Below, piece after piece: positions 1 to 8,832 of a DNA stretch of 64,000 nucleotides (position 1 is its first letter; each line of letters opens with the position of its first letter). The notes under the pieces were generated by a model. The model worked only from the letters and a program-made list of their open reading frames with translations. It was not told where the DNA came from and did no database searches. The stretch lies in IMG/VR virus record IMGVR_UViG_3300024268_000001. One strand, given 5' to 3'. Source of the stretch: a virus. Taxonomy: Duplodnaviria > Heunggongvirae > Uroviricota > Caudoviricetes. The translations under genes and the position numbers were made by a program.

Positions 1-404
1 CTGCCGTGCTCTATGCTGCTGAGTATTCTCGAGATACTTACCAGCATAGAGCACGGCAGTTTCGCCTTGAATAGTATCAACCATGTCTTTAATTCCAGCC
101 ATGAAAGCGGACTCATCAGATTCTTCAGTTTTTTCTATTTTTTCTTCGACATTGATATTCATCTTGTCATAGGCTTCGAACACAGCCTTATTAATCTTGT
201 CCGCAAGCGGCTTCTTAATAGGCTGGACGAAACAAAGCTCACGCTTGTTATTCACGTTCTTAGGGTAAATAACATAACGCTTGCCATAATAGTCCATCAA
301 TGTAAGGCCAGTAAGTAAGAGTTCGTGGTCAAGAATAACCTGACACTTGCCGAGCTTACCGTACTTCACATTATATGGATAAATTTTGACTTTTGTTACT
401 TCCA
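1..404 (-). CDS. SpoVG-like nucleic-acid-binding protein homolog (start at 404, 3' end runs off the left window edge)
   Basis: Minus-strand translation from ATG 402-404: MEVTKVKIYPYNVKYGKLGKCQVILDHELLLTGLTLMDYYGKRYVIYPKNVNNKRELCFVQPIKKPLADKINKAVFEAY... This follows the SpoVG pattern (MxVTxV, ..ITLDdEFvvhd.., ..YVaMPs.., ..i.hPI). The ORF is open to position 1. It is absent from the ORF track because it is incomplete. Confidence 0.5.
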
Positions 405-406
405 TA

Positions 407-862
407 TTATGGTAGATCCTTTCTGTACTCTTCAAGAGCTTCAATATCCTTGGAAACCTTCATCAGGTCAATTTCCTTAGCCACAGCTATGGAAATAATA
501 TCATTGAAGATACTCTGTACAGCCGGAACCGGTTCAACATCTGCAACCTTAATCATACGTTCTACAACTTCTGCAGGAGGAACCGGATGTTCATTAGTTA
601 CATTACCACTTCCGTCAACGAAATTCTTGAGGAAGTCATTGAGATAGAAAATCGCCTTACCGAGGTCCTGATACGGCGTAGCATGTTCAGGGTCAGTCTT
701 GGTCTTATCGAGGTAACGCATGGAATATTTCCATACATTTGCGCAGTCACAATCAAGATAGCGAGTAATCGTAATAGTTTCAATACCAGATGCGTTATTG
801 CAATAATGACTAGGATGATTAACGGCCTGGTCAATTTTCTTAAGCTGTTCTTCAGTATGCAT
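407..862 (-). CDS. conserved phage protein with NHPSHY motif (resembles the DUF3310 family)
   Basis: 151-aa ORF, overlaps the next gene by 4 nt. Contains 'AVNHPSHYC'. C-terminus is '...ALEEYRKDLP'. Confidence 0.5.
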   Translation of the reverse strand: MHTEEQLKKIDQAVNHPSHYCNNASGIETITITRYLDCDCANVWKYSMRYLDKTKTDPEHATPYQDLGKAIFYLNDFLKNFVDGSGNVTNEHPVPPAEVVERMIKVADVEPVPAVQSIFNDIISIAVAKEIDLMKVSKDIEALEEYRKDLP

Positions 863-877
863 TGTCTTTTACCTAAA

Positions 878-1276
878 TTATTTAAATGTTTCGTTTGTTT
901 TCAATGCTTTTAATATATTTTCTTGTAATTCATGAGACTTCGCAGCATGTTCAGAAAGCTTTTTATCGAATTCACGGTCCTCTTTGAGCTGCTTATTACG
1001 AGCAAGAGCTTGACTGATACGAATAGGAAGGAAAATTGCCATGAAATAACCGAATGCCATTGCAATATATGGTACAATGTCGGTCATAAAATACATTATT
1101 CCTTTCTTAAGTGTATCTCCAAACACACCAAATCCGCCTAAAACTAGGGTATAAACCAAGACCATAATAAGAGTACCGATAACCAGTCCCTTATTGGCCT
1201 TGATATTCACCCAAAAATTCTTAATTTTGGCAGGAAATTTAGACGTATTTTGATTAGATGTCTTCATTGTCTTCAA
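878..1276 (-). CDS. small membrane protein (2 predicted TM helices, coiled-coil C-terminus)
   Basis: Hydrophobic stretches LVIGTLIMVLVYTLVLGGFGVF and IVPYIAMAFGYFMAIFLPI. 3' overlap with the downstream ORF. Confidence 0.5.
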   Translation of the reverse strand: MKTMKTSNQNTSKFPAKIKNFWVNIKANKGLVIGTLIMVLVYTLVLGGFGVFGDTLKKGIMYFMTDIVPYIAMAFGYFMAIFLPIRISQALARNKQLKEDREFDKKLSEHAAKSHELQENILKALKTNETFK

Positions 1277-1583
1277 GAATTACTTCCACTGCAGAATCAG
1301 GAATCTGGTAATACTTCGTCTTAACGTAAGCACCCTTATCATTCTTTGCAGCGATATTGAGTTCGATTGCCTTCAAATCTGTAAAAATAATGCGGTCACC
1401 GACAGATACGGTGCACGGAATTCGAGAATCCGTAACGGCATTATACTTACCTGGGCCAACGGCAACAACTTCGCCATAAACAAGCTTACCCGAGCTATCA
1501 AGTTCCGGAATATAAATACCGCCTGCAGTCTTCGTATCACCGCTACGGCGCTTTACAAGCACATAGTTATCGTTCATCTTCAT
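1254..1583 (-). CDS. GroES-like co-chaperonin (Hsp10 fold; T4 gp31-type analog), copy 2
   Basis: Has the GroES-like features YVLVKR...AGGIYIP...GEVVAVGPG...VGDRIIF. It is a paralog of the upstream ORF. Confidence 0.65.
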   Translation of the reverse strand: MKMNDNYVLVKRRSGDTKTAGGIYIPELDSSGKLVYGEVVAVGPGKYNAVTDSRIPCTVSVGDRIIFTDLKAIELNIAAKNDKGAYVKTKYYQIPDSAVEVILEDNEDI

Positions 1584-1597
1584 AGTTAAATTTCCTT

Positions 1598-1927
1598 TTA
1601 CTTAATTTCTTCGTTATCGTCAAGAATGCAGGTACATTCGTTTTCGGCAACCTTGACCAACTTGAGCTTACTGACATTTCCCTGTTCATCCTTAACAGAA
1701 ACAGTTACTTCAGTTGTGACACCCGGATTATAAATCACACGGTCACCAACCTTGAGTTCAATCGGAGTAAGTTTCTTGGTAAACGGATTATACTTACCCG
1801 GTCCAAGTTTTACAACTGTACCGAGAGCCATAGGAATCGTTCCAATTCGGGGAATAAATAAGCCTCCGACAGTCATTTTGTCGAAAGGTTCCTCTTTTAC
1901 GAGTACGTTATTTTCTGTAGTTTTCAT
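1598..1927 (-). CDS. GroES-like co-chaperonin (Hsp10 fold), copy 1
   Basis: Has NVLVKEEPFDKMTVGGLFIP...GTVVKLGPGKYN...VGDRVIY...KLKLVKV. This is the classic GroES mobile-loop/beta-barrel pattern. Confidence 0.7.
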   Translation of the reverse strand: MKTTENNVLVKEEPFDKMTVGGLFIPRIGTIPMALGTVVKLGPGKYNPFTKKLTPIELKVGDRVIYNPGVTTEVTVSVKDEQGNVSKLKLVKVAENECTCILDDNEEIK

Positions 1928-1937
1928 CTCAGTTTCC

Positions 1938-2579
1938 TTAAATTTTAAATAGAAAGTCTTTCTTAGTGTATTTTGTGCTCTTATCGATGCACGAATTATT
2001 TATTAAAAACGTGTCACCGATTTCGCAAATGGACTTTTTCTTATCCTGTCCAAAATGCCAGATCTTTCCATTTACATTTAAATTCATTTTCCGTGGGTCA
2101 TAATAAGAAACAACGACGTCGGGAATAGATTCCGCAATTTTACGAAACCTATCAACTTCATCGTTGTACATCTCATTAATATCAGTGGTCCACCAATTCC
2201 ATCGTTTAATATTAACACTGGGGTCAATTCCAGTCGCTCCGCCAAAAACATGCTTATCAACCATAACTACTTGCCCATCTAACCTAATTGGCGAACAAAG
2301 TTTGCGCTGGAATGACCTCAGTGAATCTTTAACTTTTTCAAATTTCAAATCAAGCGGCATATCAGATTTCATATCACAGCCACCATAAACATACAGCACA
2401 TTTTTGTAGTGCTGTCCAAGATAAACCAGAAAACGCCTAGTCATCTCGTAATCTTCAGATATGCCGCTTATACACAATACATCAGCAGGGAGAAATTCTT
2501 CATCAAGTAGTTTCTTAAAATCAGCAAACATGTGCTTGCTGGGCTTAAGATTCAAATTATTGATGAAGAAACAATCCAT
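1938..2579 (-). CDS. hypothetical protein
   Basis: 213-aa ORF with consistent codon usage. No motif recognised. Confidence 0.5.
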   Translation of the reverse strand: MDCFFINNLNLKPSKHMFADFKKLLDEEFLPADVLCISGISEDYEMTRRFLVYLGQHYKNVLYVYGGCDMKSDMPLDLKFEKVKDSLRSFQRKLCSPIRLDGQVVMVDKHVFGGATGIDPSVNIKRWNWWTTDINEMYNDEVDRFRKIAESIPDVVVSYYDPRKMNLNVNGKIWHFGQDKKKSICEIGDTFLINNSCIDKSTKYTKKDFLFKI

Positions 2580-2757
2580 ACTTACTTAGTCCAGATAGTA
2601 GTCCACTTTCCACCGATAAACTGTTCAATCTTGACAACCGAACGAAGACGCGGATTCTTATAGGATTCCATGAGTTCTTCAGTATAGCAGTCAGAAGTAA
2701 ACGGTTCACCATACGGTGTACCAGTTTCGTCAACGTGATAACGAGTAATGCGCCACA

Positions 2758-3048
2758 TTAGGCCATAACCTCCTGTTGAAGTGTTCGATATAATGCAACC
2801 ATGTTACGGTCGAGTTCAGAACGCTTGTGCTTACCACGAAGAACCTTTTCAGCCATGAAACAAATAGTTGCTTCAGTCTGAGAAAGAGCTACGAGACTTG
2901 ACACAGCATAACGGGTATGTTCCGGTGAACGGATTTCCATACCTTCGAGCTGAACACGGTTACGGGTTTGTTCATTGCCGGTTGTGACCACATAGGCCTT
3001 ACCGGTCTTTCGATTCATTGCATAATTCATATTAATCTCCTCTATCAA
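2758..3048 (-). CDS. hypothetical protein
   Basis: 96-aa ORF. A further 58-aa ORF (about 2583-2759, minus strand) lies below the ORF-track length cutoff. Confidence 0.45.
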   Translation of the reverse strand: MIEEINMNYAMNRKTGKAYVVTTGNEQTRNRVQLEGMEIRSPEHTRYAVSSLVALSQTEATICFMAEKVLRGKHKRSELDRNMVALYRTLQQEVMA

Positions 3049-3121
3049 TTTTATCGATATTACAAATATAGTTAATCGCCTGTAAAAAATTGTTTAACAT
3101 AGGAAAAAGATTTGAGTTTTC

Positions 3122-3697
3122 TTACAGGGTTGATACGGGAAGCAATATGAGCTCATTTTTGAGAGAATACAACTTGGACATCATGTTTTTTACAAATGTA
3201 TGATGTTTATCCGAATTTTTGTCAAATATCGGATCTGTTGATTCTGTATAATTAACTATTCTACAAAGGTCACCGAGAGCCGCGTCAAATTTATTCAGAA
3301 CTTTGAAAAAGGTAAATAGCTTTTCAAAAGTAAACCAGCTCTTAAATTGAGAAATACTATCAAACCGCATGGTCTGATATTTATCGATGCCATCCTGGAA
3401 AAATTCTTGGTCAAAGTATTCATACATAGCCTTACGGCAAAGATTTTCCTCACCTTCAGTATAAAAACTTTGAATATAAGTATCGGCTACATAAACTATT
3501 CCGACTTTCTTATCATCAGTAACTGTAATTTTAATATCATGCACCCCGAAAGGTACGACAATACAGGTAGTATATACCTTAATAAGTGGAATCTGCCGTG
3601 TAGTATTATGTAGAGCAGTTTCCACTATTTCTGCTACTTCTTTATCAAATAGACCGTAGTCTAAATATTCAATTCTGTCTTTTTTAGTCATATACAC
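3122..3697 (-). CDS. hypothetical protein
   Basis: 191-aa ORF. No motif recognised. Confidence 0.5.
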   Translation of the reverse strand: MYMTKKDRIEYLDYGLFDKEVAEIVETALHNTTRQIPLIKVYTTCIVVPFGVHDIKITVTDDKKVGIVYVADTYIQSFYTEGEENLCRKAMYEYFDQEFFQDGIDKYQTMRFDSISQFKSWFTFEKLFTFFKVLNKFDAALGDLCRIVNYTESTDPIFDKNSDKHHTFVKNMMSKLYSLKNELILLPVSTL

Positions 3698-3773
3698 TTC
3701 AAAGTGTAATACATTGCATTACACTATCATAATATAGTAAAATGACGGGCTTTTGTAAACCCGCCATGCTACA

Positions 3774-4316
3774 TTATTTTAGTCTTTCAATTATCTTTTT
3801 GACAATTTCGTTATATCCGTCTTCAGTTCCGTCAGCAGTTTCATATTTCAGATTATTTGAATCCAAAAATTCCAATAATCTTCCATCGATTGCCCTAGCT
3901 TCTTCTTCAGTCTGGTTTCGACCGTTAGGATTATACTTCTTTGCACGCTTTACGAAAATATTAAAAGTATTTGGATATTTCTTTGCTTCATAAAGGCATA
4001 CATCCTGATACGGTTTTTCTTCGGTATACATAGCGCCCATTGCAATAGGACTATCTGTAACAATTACGTCAACCTTTCCGAGAAGTCTCGCAACTTTCAG
4101 GCATTGCTTACCGGTTACATATAACTGACAATACTTGAGCGGAAACTGATCATCTTGCCATACACGATCTTTCGCATATTCTGAAACATATTCACAATCA
4201 ACGCCAGCCATCTTAAGTTTCGCAAAAATATAAGCAGCTCCTGTCGACTTTCCCGAACCAGGACCCGCATAAAGATTAACCAATAGAGTATTACATGTTC
4301 TTTTCATAATTTTCAC
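3774..4316 (-). CDS. P-loop NTPase, putative nucleotide/polynucleotide kinase
   Basis: Walker A 'YAGPGSGKST' near the N-terminus. About 180 aa, the size of a small kinase. Upstream promoter-like 'aatatagtaaa' at about 4330. Confidence 0.55.
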   Translation of the reverse strand: MKIMKRTCNTLLVNLYAGPGSGKSTGAAYIFAKLKMAGVDCEYVSEYAKDRVWQDDQFPLKYCQLYVTGKQCLKVARLLGKVDVIVTDSPIAMGAMYTEEKPYQDVCLYEAKKYPNTFNIFVKRAKKYNPNGRNQTEEEARAIDGRLLEFLDSNNLKYETADGTEDGYNEIVKKIIERLK

Positions 4317-4412
4317 CTGTGATTACAAATATAGTAAATTTTTTATTGCCTATTGAAATGTTTATAAAAATCTGTATTTACAAAAACGCTTCAGTTTGCT
4401 ATATTTATTAAC

Positions 4413-5600
4413 ATGAAGATTGATTTATCGACTATCAAAAATGACCTCCTCACTTCTGGTATGAAACTCGCTTCCGCTATCGAAAGCAAGGGTTACGAAG
4501 CATATCTGGTTGGCGGTTGCGTTCGTGACATGGTTCGTTGGACTATTGGCCAATGTGGTTTTCCGGATATTCACGATATTGACATCAGCACGAACATGCC
4601 TATCGATGAACTTCAGAAAAACTTCAAAACTGCCAGTAACAATGGCGAAGCTCACGGCACTATTCTGGTTTTCCAGGACGGTGAGCCTTTTGAAGTGACT
4701 CAGTTCCGTACCGATGGCGCTTATACCGATGGTCGTCACCCGGATTCAATCAAGTTCGCCAAGACTTTCAAGGAAGACTGCTTACGCCGCGATTTTACTA
4801 TCAACGCAATGGGTCTTACCGGTCAGGGTGAAGTCATTGACTATTACGGTGGTATCGATGATGTTACGAACGGCATTATCCGAGCTGTCGGTAAGGCAGA
4901 AGACCGTTTTGCTGAAGATTATCTCAGAATTTTCCGCGGTGTTCGTTTCATGGTCAACTTCGACTATTCTTTGGCTGATAGTACCTATGAAGCGATGAAG
5001 ACAACCGTTGATACTTATACTTATAAGATTAACTCTCTGTCTTATCCTCGTATTCGTGATGAAATCAGCAAGGTCAAGAATCCTTCTAAGAATCTCGCTT
5101 TGTTTTTCACGACACTGTATCGTACCGGTATTCTGAAATACTTGGTTACTTTCGAAGATGTTGATATTCCGGGTCTGATTGCACGTTTAGAATCTGTAAA
5201 TCATCTCACTGCGGATAACATCTTTGCGGTTATCGCTTTCGGCGAATACGACGTAATGTTACATCGTCTTGCTGCTACTCGAGAAGATTCTCGTTTGCTC
5301 AAGTGGTATTATTACATGCTCAAGAAGCTGAAAGAACCTAACGAAAATACAAGCTGGGACACTATTGTTAAATTCGTCGAAGGTGATTACAAAACTCTCC
5401 TCGAACTGTCCAAGATTGTTCCTGCCTGGTATAACAGAATTCCTATCGCTTTGAAGCTTAAAAAGGATAAACCCGATTTACATGCTATCTCTGAAAGAGT
5501 TCAGAACGAATTTCATGTTAAACCAGGTCCTAAGTTCGGTGCAGCTGTTAGCTACCTGCTCGAAGAGGCTTACGAAGCAAAAGCAAGGCATCTTCAATAA
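4413..5600 (+). CDS. cca: tRNA nucleotidyltransferase (CCA-adding enzyme) / poly(A) polymerase family
   Basis: 'LVGGCVRDMV' (GGxVRD) followed by 'DIDIST'. These are the class II nucleotidyltransferase head-domain signatures. 395 aa. Confidence 0.8.
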   Translation: MKIDLSTIKNDLLTSGMKLASAIESKGYEAYLVGGCVRDMVRWTIGQCGFPDIHDIDISTNMPIDELQKNFKTASNNGEAHGTILVFQDGEPFEVTQFRTDGAYTDGRHPDSIKFAKTFKEDCLRRDFTINAMGLTGQGEVIDYYGGIDDVTNGIIRAVGKAEDRFAEDYLRIFRGVRFMVNFDYSLADSTYEAMKTTVDTYTYKINSLSYPRIRDEISKVKNPSKNLALFFTTLYRTGILKYLVTFEDVDIPGLIARLESVNHLTADNIFAVIAFGEYDVMLHRLAATREDSRLLKWYYYMLKKLKEPNENTSWDTIVKFVEGDYKTLLELSKIVPAWYNRIPIALKLKKDKPDLHAISERVQNEFHVKPGPKFGAAVSYLLEEAYEAKARHLQ

Positions 5601-5603
5601 AAA

Positions 5604-5632
5604 TAAACCCGGTTTTAAAAACCGGGTTTTCT
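5604..5632. terminator. bidirectional intrinsic terminator
   Basis: The sequence aaacccggtttt-aaaa-accgggttt forms a hairpin flanked by A/T runs. It lies between convergent genes (4413..5600 on plus, 5634..5882 on minus). Confidence 0.7.
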
Positions 5633-5633
5633 T

Positions 5634-5882
5634 TTACTTAGCGGTAGATTCCCAACTGAAAGTAATTGTGTTATTGTCTTCGTCCATTCGAAGGAACTTA
5701 AATTCAAATTCAGAGAATTCAATATCCTTACGTTTCATCGTGGGCGATTTTACTTGAACTTCAAGAACTGGCAAACAGCATTCTCGGAATCGTGTGATTT
5801 GACGAGATGCTCCAGGAGTTCCTTCAGCTTCATCTACAATAGAACATGCTTTAGTTTTCTTATTAACTCTTACAATAACCAT
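5634..5882 (-). CDS. hypothetical small protein
   Basis: 82-aa ORF packed directly against the downstream kinase gene. Confidence 0.4.
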   Translation of the reverse strand: MVIVRVNKKTKACSIVDEAEGTPGASRQITRFRECCLPVLEVQVKSPTMKRKDIEFSEFEFKFLRMDEDNNTITFSWESTAK

Positions 5883-6323
5883 TTAGATTCTCCGTTTAAT
5901 TTTAATTTCGTTTTCCAGATCCTTAAACTGTTCTTTCATGTATGCAACCTTATCTGGCGGTACATTATGAACATTTTGGAATTCGTTATCCATACGATAA
6001 ATCGTGACCTCAATGCCACGAGCTGCCGCCTCTTTCAAATACGGTTTCATATCCTTACGGGTTACAAAAGTATTTGCGACGATAACATACTGAATTCCGT
6101 CGTCTAATGCCTTAAACGCTCTTTCATAACAATTTTTATGGGCATAATAAATTCGTTTTTGGTCGAAATTATAATTACCCTTATCATCATACCAAAAATC
6201 GTCGGCCTCGAAGTGCTTGACTGTATAGCCCTGCTTTTCGAGGTCGGCTTTAAGCGCTTTGGCATAAGTAGACTTTCCGGATCCAGGGATTCCCCTGATA
6301 ATTATTAATGTCTGCTTTGCCAT
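5883..6323 (-). CDS. polynucleotide kinase-like P-loop kinase (kinase domain only)
   Basis: 'IIIRGIPGSGKSTYAK' Walker A at the N-terminus. 146 aa, like the kinase module of T4 Pnk / bacterial Pnkp. Adjacent to an RNA ligase-like gene and a metallophosphoesterase gene. Confidence 0.6.
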   Translation of the reverse strand: MAKQTLIIIRGIPGSGKSTYAKALKADLEKQGYTVKHFEADDFWYDDKGNYNFDQKRIYYAHKNCYERAFKALDDGIQYVIVANTFVTRKDMKPYLKEAAARGIEVTIYRMDNEFQNVHNVPPDKVAYMKEQFKDLENEIKIKRRI

Positions 6324-6514
6324 TTTTCTGATTTCCTATTCTGTGAACCGATATATTATCGCAACCAGTAGAACATTCAGTAAATAGAATTTAAAGAATA
6401 TTCCTAGGATTGTACGACAACATAAGTCTTTGCTTGTGGTTCCTATTGAAGATATGACTAAAAAGAAACATTCCAATAGGAACAACGCCGTTCCATATTC
6501 AAATATAGTTAAAA

Positions 6515-7783
6515 TCATTCTTCAATAGTCCTCTGCACGTTAGAAGGTTCCAATTTTTTGTGAACTGCACGCTTAACAGATGCATAATTAGTGATATTAC
6601 GATTAATGCACTTGATAGCCTGCATAATAGCCCCAATATCGCTCTTATAGTGCTCCAGAGCGTATTCGTAGCGAGAACGCTGGTCTTCGCAAGCCTTCAT
6701 GGTTTCGCGAGCCTCAGCGAGAACTTCTTCAGTACGTTCCTTAACCTGAATGCGGACACTTTCGGCGTATGCACGTAAATCAGGGAATTCTTCAGGAATA
6801 TACAGAACTTCATCATCTACAGGCTTGTAACCGTTAGTCTTGTCGACATGGGCATGGAAGAAATCCTTTTCACAGTCATACGCTACCCAGATATTCCACT
6901 CGCTGAGGCATTCGAATATCTTTGCGAGCTGGCACCATTCATCGGATTTAACCTTGACCTTGAATCCATATTCCGGGAAAGTTACAACATAACCTTCCTG
7001 AGACGAAGGAAGCTTGGTCGCAGTATTTCGAGCGTCATTGAAATTATCGTATTCATAGATTTCTGCCATCTTGATTTGCCAAGTATTGGCATAAGCGCTA
7101 AGTCCAATAATATGCTCTTCAGCACCAGTTTCATTGTCGATAACTGCCAAAAGAACAAGACCTTCAAAATCATAACGAATCGGGTGAAAATCTTCATTTG
7201 AAACAATTTCAAACAAATAAGTTTTCTTCGGATTCAAAGTTGCCGCATGAGGACCGCCGATATGCTGGTCAAACCAACGCTGTCCCCAAATTGCCTGGTC
7301 AGAATCGAAAGATCCACCGGTCTTCAACTGCCAATGCTTAAGATAAGGATTCCAGAATACAATACCTAAAGAACCGTCCACCTTTTCCATAGTCAGGAAA
7401 CGAATAGACTTGAGAATCTTTCGAATATCAATTTTCTTCTGGTACTTCATTACCTTTTTTGCAAGGTCGGTAAGTTCGCCAGTTTCGTTGTTAATCAATT
7501 CGCCATAGTTGAAGAATTTATCAAAAGGACGTGCTACAATTTCGCCGGTTTCAGAATCGAAAACAATACCACGAGCATTGAGAGTAATTTCATCCCAATC
7601 CGATGAATATACTGTTTCACGAGTATACTTGAAACCAACCAGCTTACCATACCAGTGAGCTGAAATACGTCCCTTCTTTGCTGCCTTCAAATACTTACGG
7701 AGTCTGTGCTTGTTCCGCAGTTTCCGGAGTAGGTTCTTCAGCCAAGTCATCATTTTTCTTTTCCACCTTTTTCTTAGGCTCAT
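6515..7783 (-). CDS. RNA ligase-like nucleotidyltransferase (Rnl1-type KxDG motif)
   Basis: 'FLTMEKVDGSLGIVFW' covalent nucleotidyltransferase motif I. 422 aa. The N-terminal 30 codons overlap ORF 7695..7970, so the true start is uncertain. Confidence 0.55.
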   Translation of the reverse strand: MSLRKRWKRKMMTWLKNLLRKLRNKHRLRKYLKAAKKGRISAHWYGKLVGFKYTRETVYSSDWDEITLNARGIVFDSETGEIVARPFDKFFNYGELINNETGELTDLAKKVMKYQKKIDIRKILKSIRFLTMEKVDGSLGIVFWNPYLKHWQLKTGGSFDSDQAIWGQRWFDQHIGGPHAATLNPKKTYLFEIVSNEDFHPIRYDFEGLVLLAVIDNETGAEEHIIGLSAYANTWQIKMAEIYEYDNFNDARNTATKLPSSQEGYVVTFPEYGFKVKVKSDEWCQLAKIFECLSEWNIWVAYDCEKDFFHAHVDKTNGYKPVDDEVLYIPEEFPDLRAYAESVRIQVKERTEEVLAEARETMKACEDQRSRYEYALEHYKSDIGAIMQAIKCINRNITNYASVKRAVHKKLEPSNVQRTIEE

Positions 7784-7970
7784 ACTTATGAGTCTTATCG
7801 AGTTCTACCGTTTCAATAGTACATCCAGCTTCATACTTTTCACGAATGAAACTTTCAAGTTCTCCGCGAACTTCAGTTTCCGTTTCGCCATAACGCTTAA
7901 AAACAAGCGGTCCTGGAATACCTTCAATTAAAACCAAGCACTTATAACGTTGTTTCATTATTTTTCCCAC
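7695..7970 (-). CDS. hypothetical small protein
   Basis: 91-aa ORF with an acidic low-complexity C-terminal tail. Overlaps the start region of the RNA ligase ORF. Confidence 0.4.
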   Translation of the reverse strand: MGKIMKQRYKCLVLIEGIPGPLVFKRYGETETEVRGELESFIREKYEAGCTIETVELDKTHKYEPKKKVEKKNDDLAEEPTPETAEQAQTP

Positions 7971-8650
7971 ATGGCATCGGTTTTGACCAGTTCATCAATG
8001 CTTACTGGACGATACCATGCTTCCCAGCTAACATTGTTTTCGACCATTTTGCCGTTATGGTTATCGACAACGCTAGTCTTGTTGAATTCATGCGTATGAC
8101 CATGAACGAGATAGTCAATAGGCTTACCTTCCGCAAGATACTGGTTCAATGCGGTCGGGTCACCAGTTGTACCGTCATGTTCATTAATCGTTTCATCATA
8201 ATTATAATGCTGCAACAGATAGTTCTTACCATTATACGTAAGGTAAATGTTATCCTTTACCATAGTAATGTTCGGAAACATAGTTTCCTTGACCGGATAG
8301 AGCTTCTTGAACAGAGCATAGTCATGATTACCACGAATCATATACATGTGCTTGAAATTCAACTTGTTCGTGTAATAATCGCCAAACACTTCAAGCAACT
8401 TGCTACCGGGAGTACCGAGAGTAAAATCACCGAGGAAAATGACAATATCATTCGGAGAAACAACAGAATTCCATTGCTTCACAATATCTTCATTCATTTC
8501 CTCGACGGTTACGTACTTTCGTGTACGGTCAAAATGATCCTCGTAACTCGTGCAGAGTTTACGATGATTAACGTGCAAGTCACTGACAATAAAAATCTTT
8601 TCGTTGTGTAATTCTAGTTCCATAATGCAAATATAATAAAAATAAGGCAT
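7958..8650 (-). CDS. calcineurin-like metallophosphoesterase (candidate 2',3'-phosphatase of the RNA-repair set)
   Basis: Metallophosphoesterase motifs 'IVSDLHVNH', 'GDFTLG', 'GNHDY' and 'HGHTHE'. A -10-like 'tatattt' lies 6 nt before the ATG, so the mRNA is possibly leaderless. Confidence 0.7.
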   Translation of the reverse strand: MPYFYYICIMELELHNEKIFIVSDLHVNHRKLCTSYEDHFDRTRKYVTVEEMNEDIVKQWNSVVSPNDIVIFLGDFTLGTPGSKLLEVFGDYYTNKLNFKHMYMIRGNHDYALFKKLYPVKETMFPNITMVKDNIYLTYNGKNYLLQHYNYDETINEHDGTTGDPTALNQYLAEGKPIDYLVHGHTHEFNKTSVVDNHNGKMVENNVSWEAWYRPVSIDELVKTDAMWEK

Positions 8651-8671
8651 TTTGTAAATGCCTTATTTTTT
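8644..8671. terminator. intrinsic terminator
   Basis: The sequence aaggcattttgtaaatgcctt forms a hairpin followed by attttttg. Confidence 0.65.
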
Positions 8672-8832
8672 GTCACCAGATTTTGGAAACCGGTAACAGA
8701 GCAATACTAATAAAATTGTTTCAAGAATTACATAGATTATCGAAAACTGAAGCTGTAACAATGAACAGAAAATGAACATTGTAAAGAACACTGATAAAAA
8801 CGTGTTAATAATGAATAATAACAGTTTTTCCA

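Noticed and set aside
13-318. 101-aa plus-strand ORF at the window start
   Set aside because: Overlaps the SpoVG-like minus-strand reading frame, which has a recognisable family pattern.
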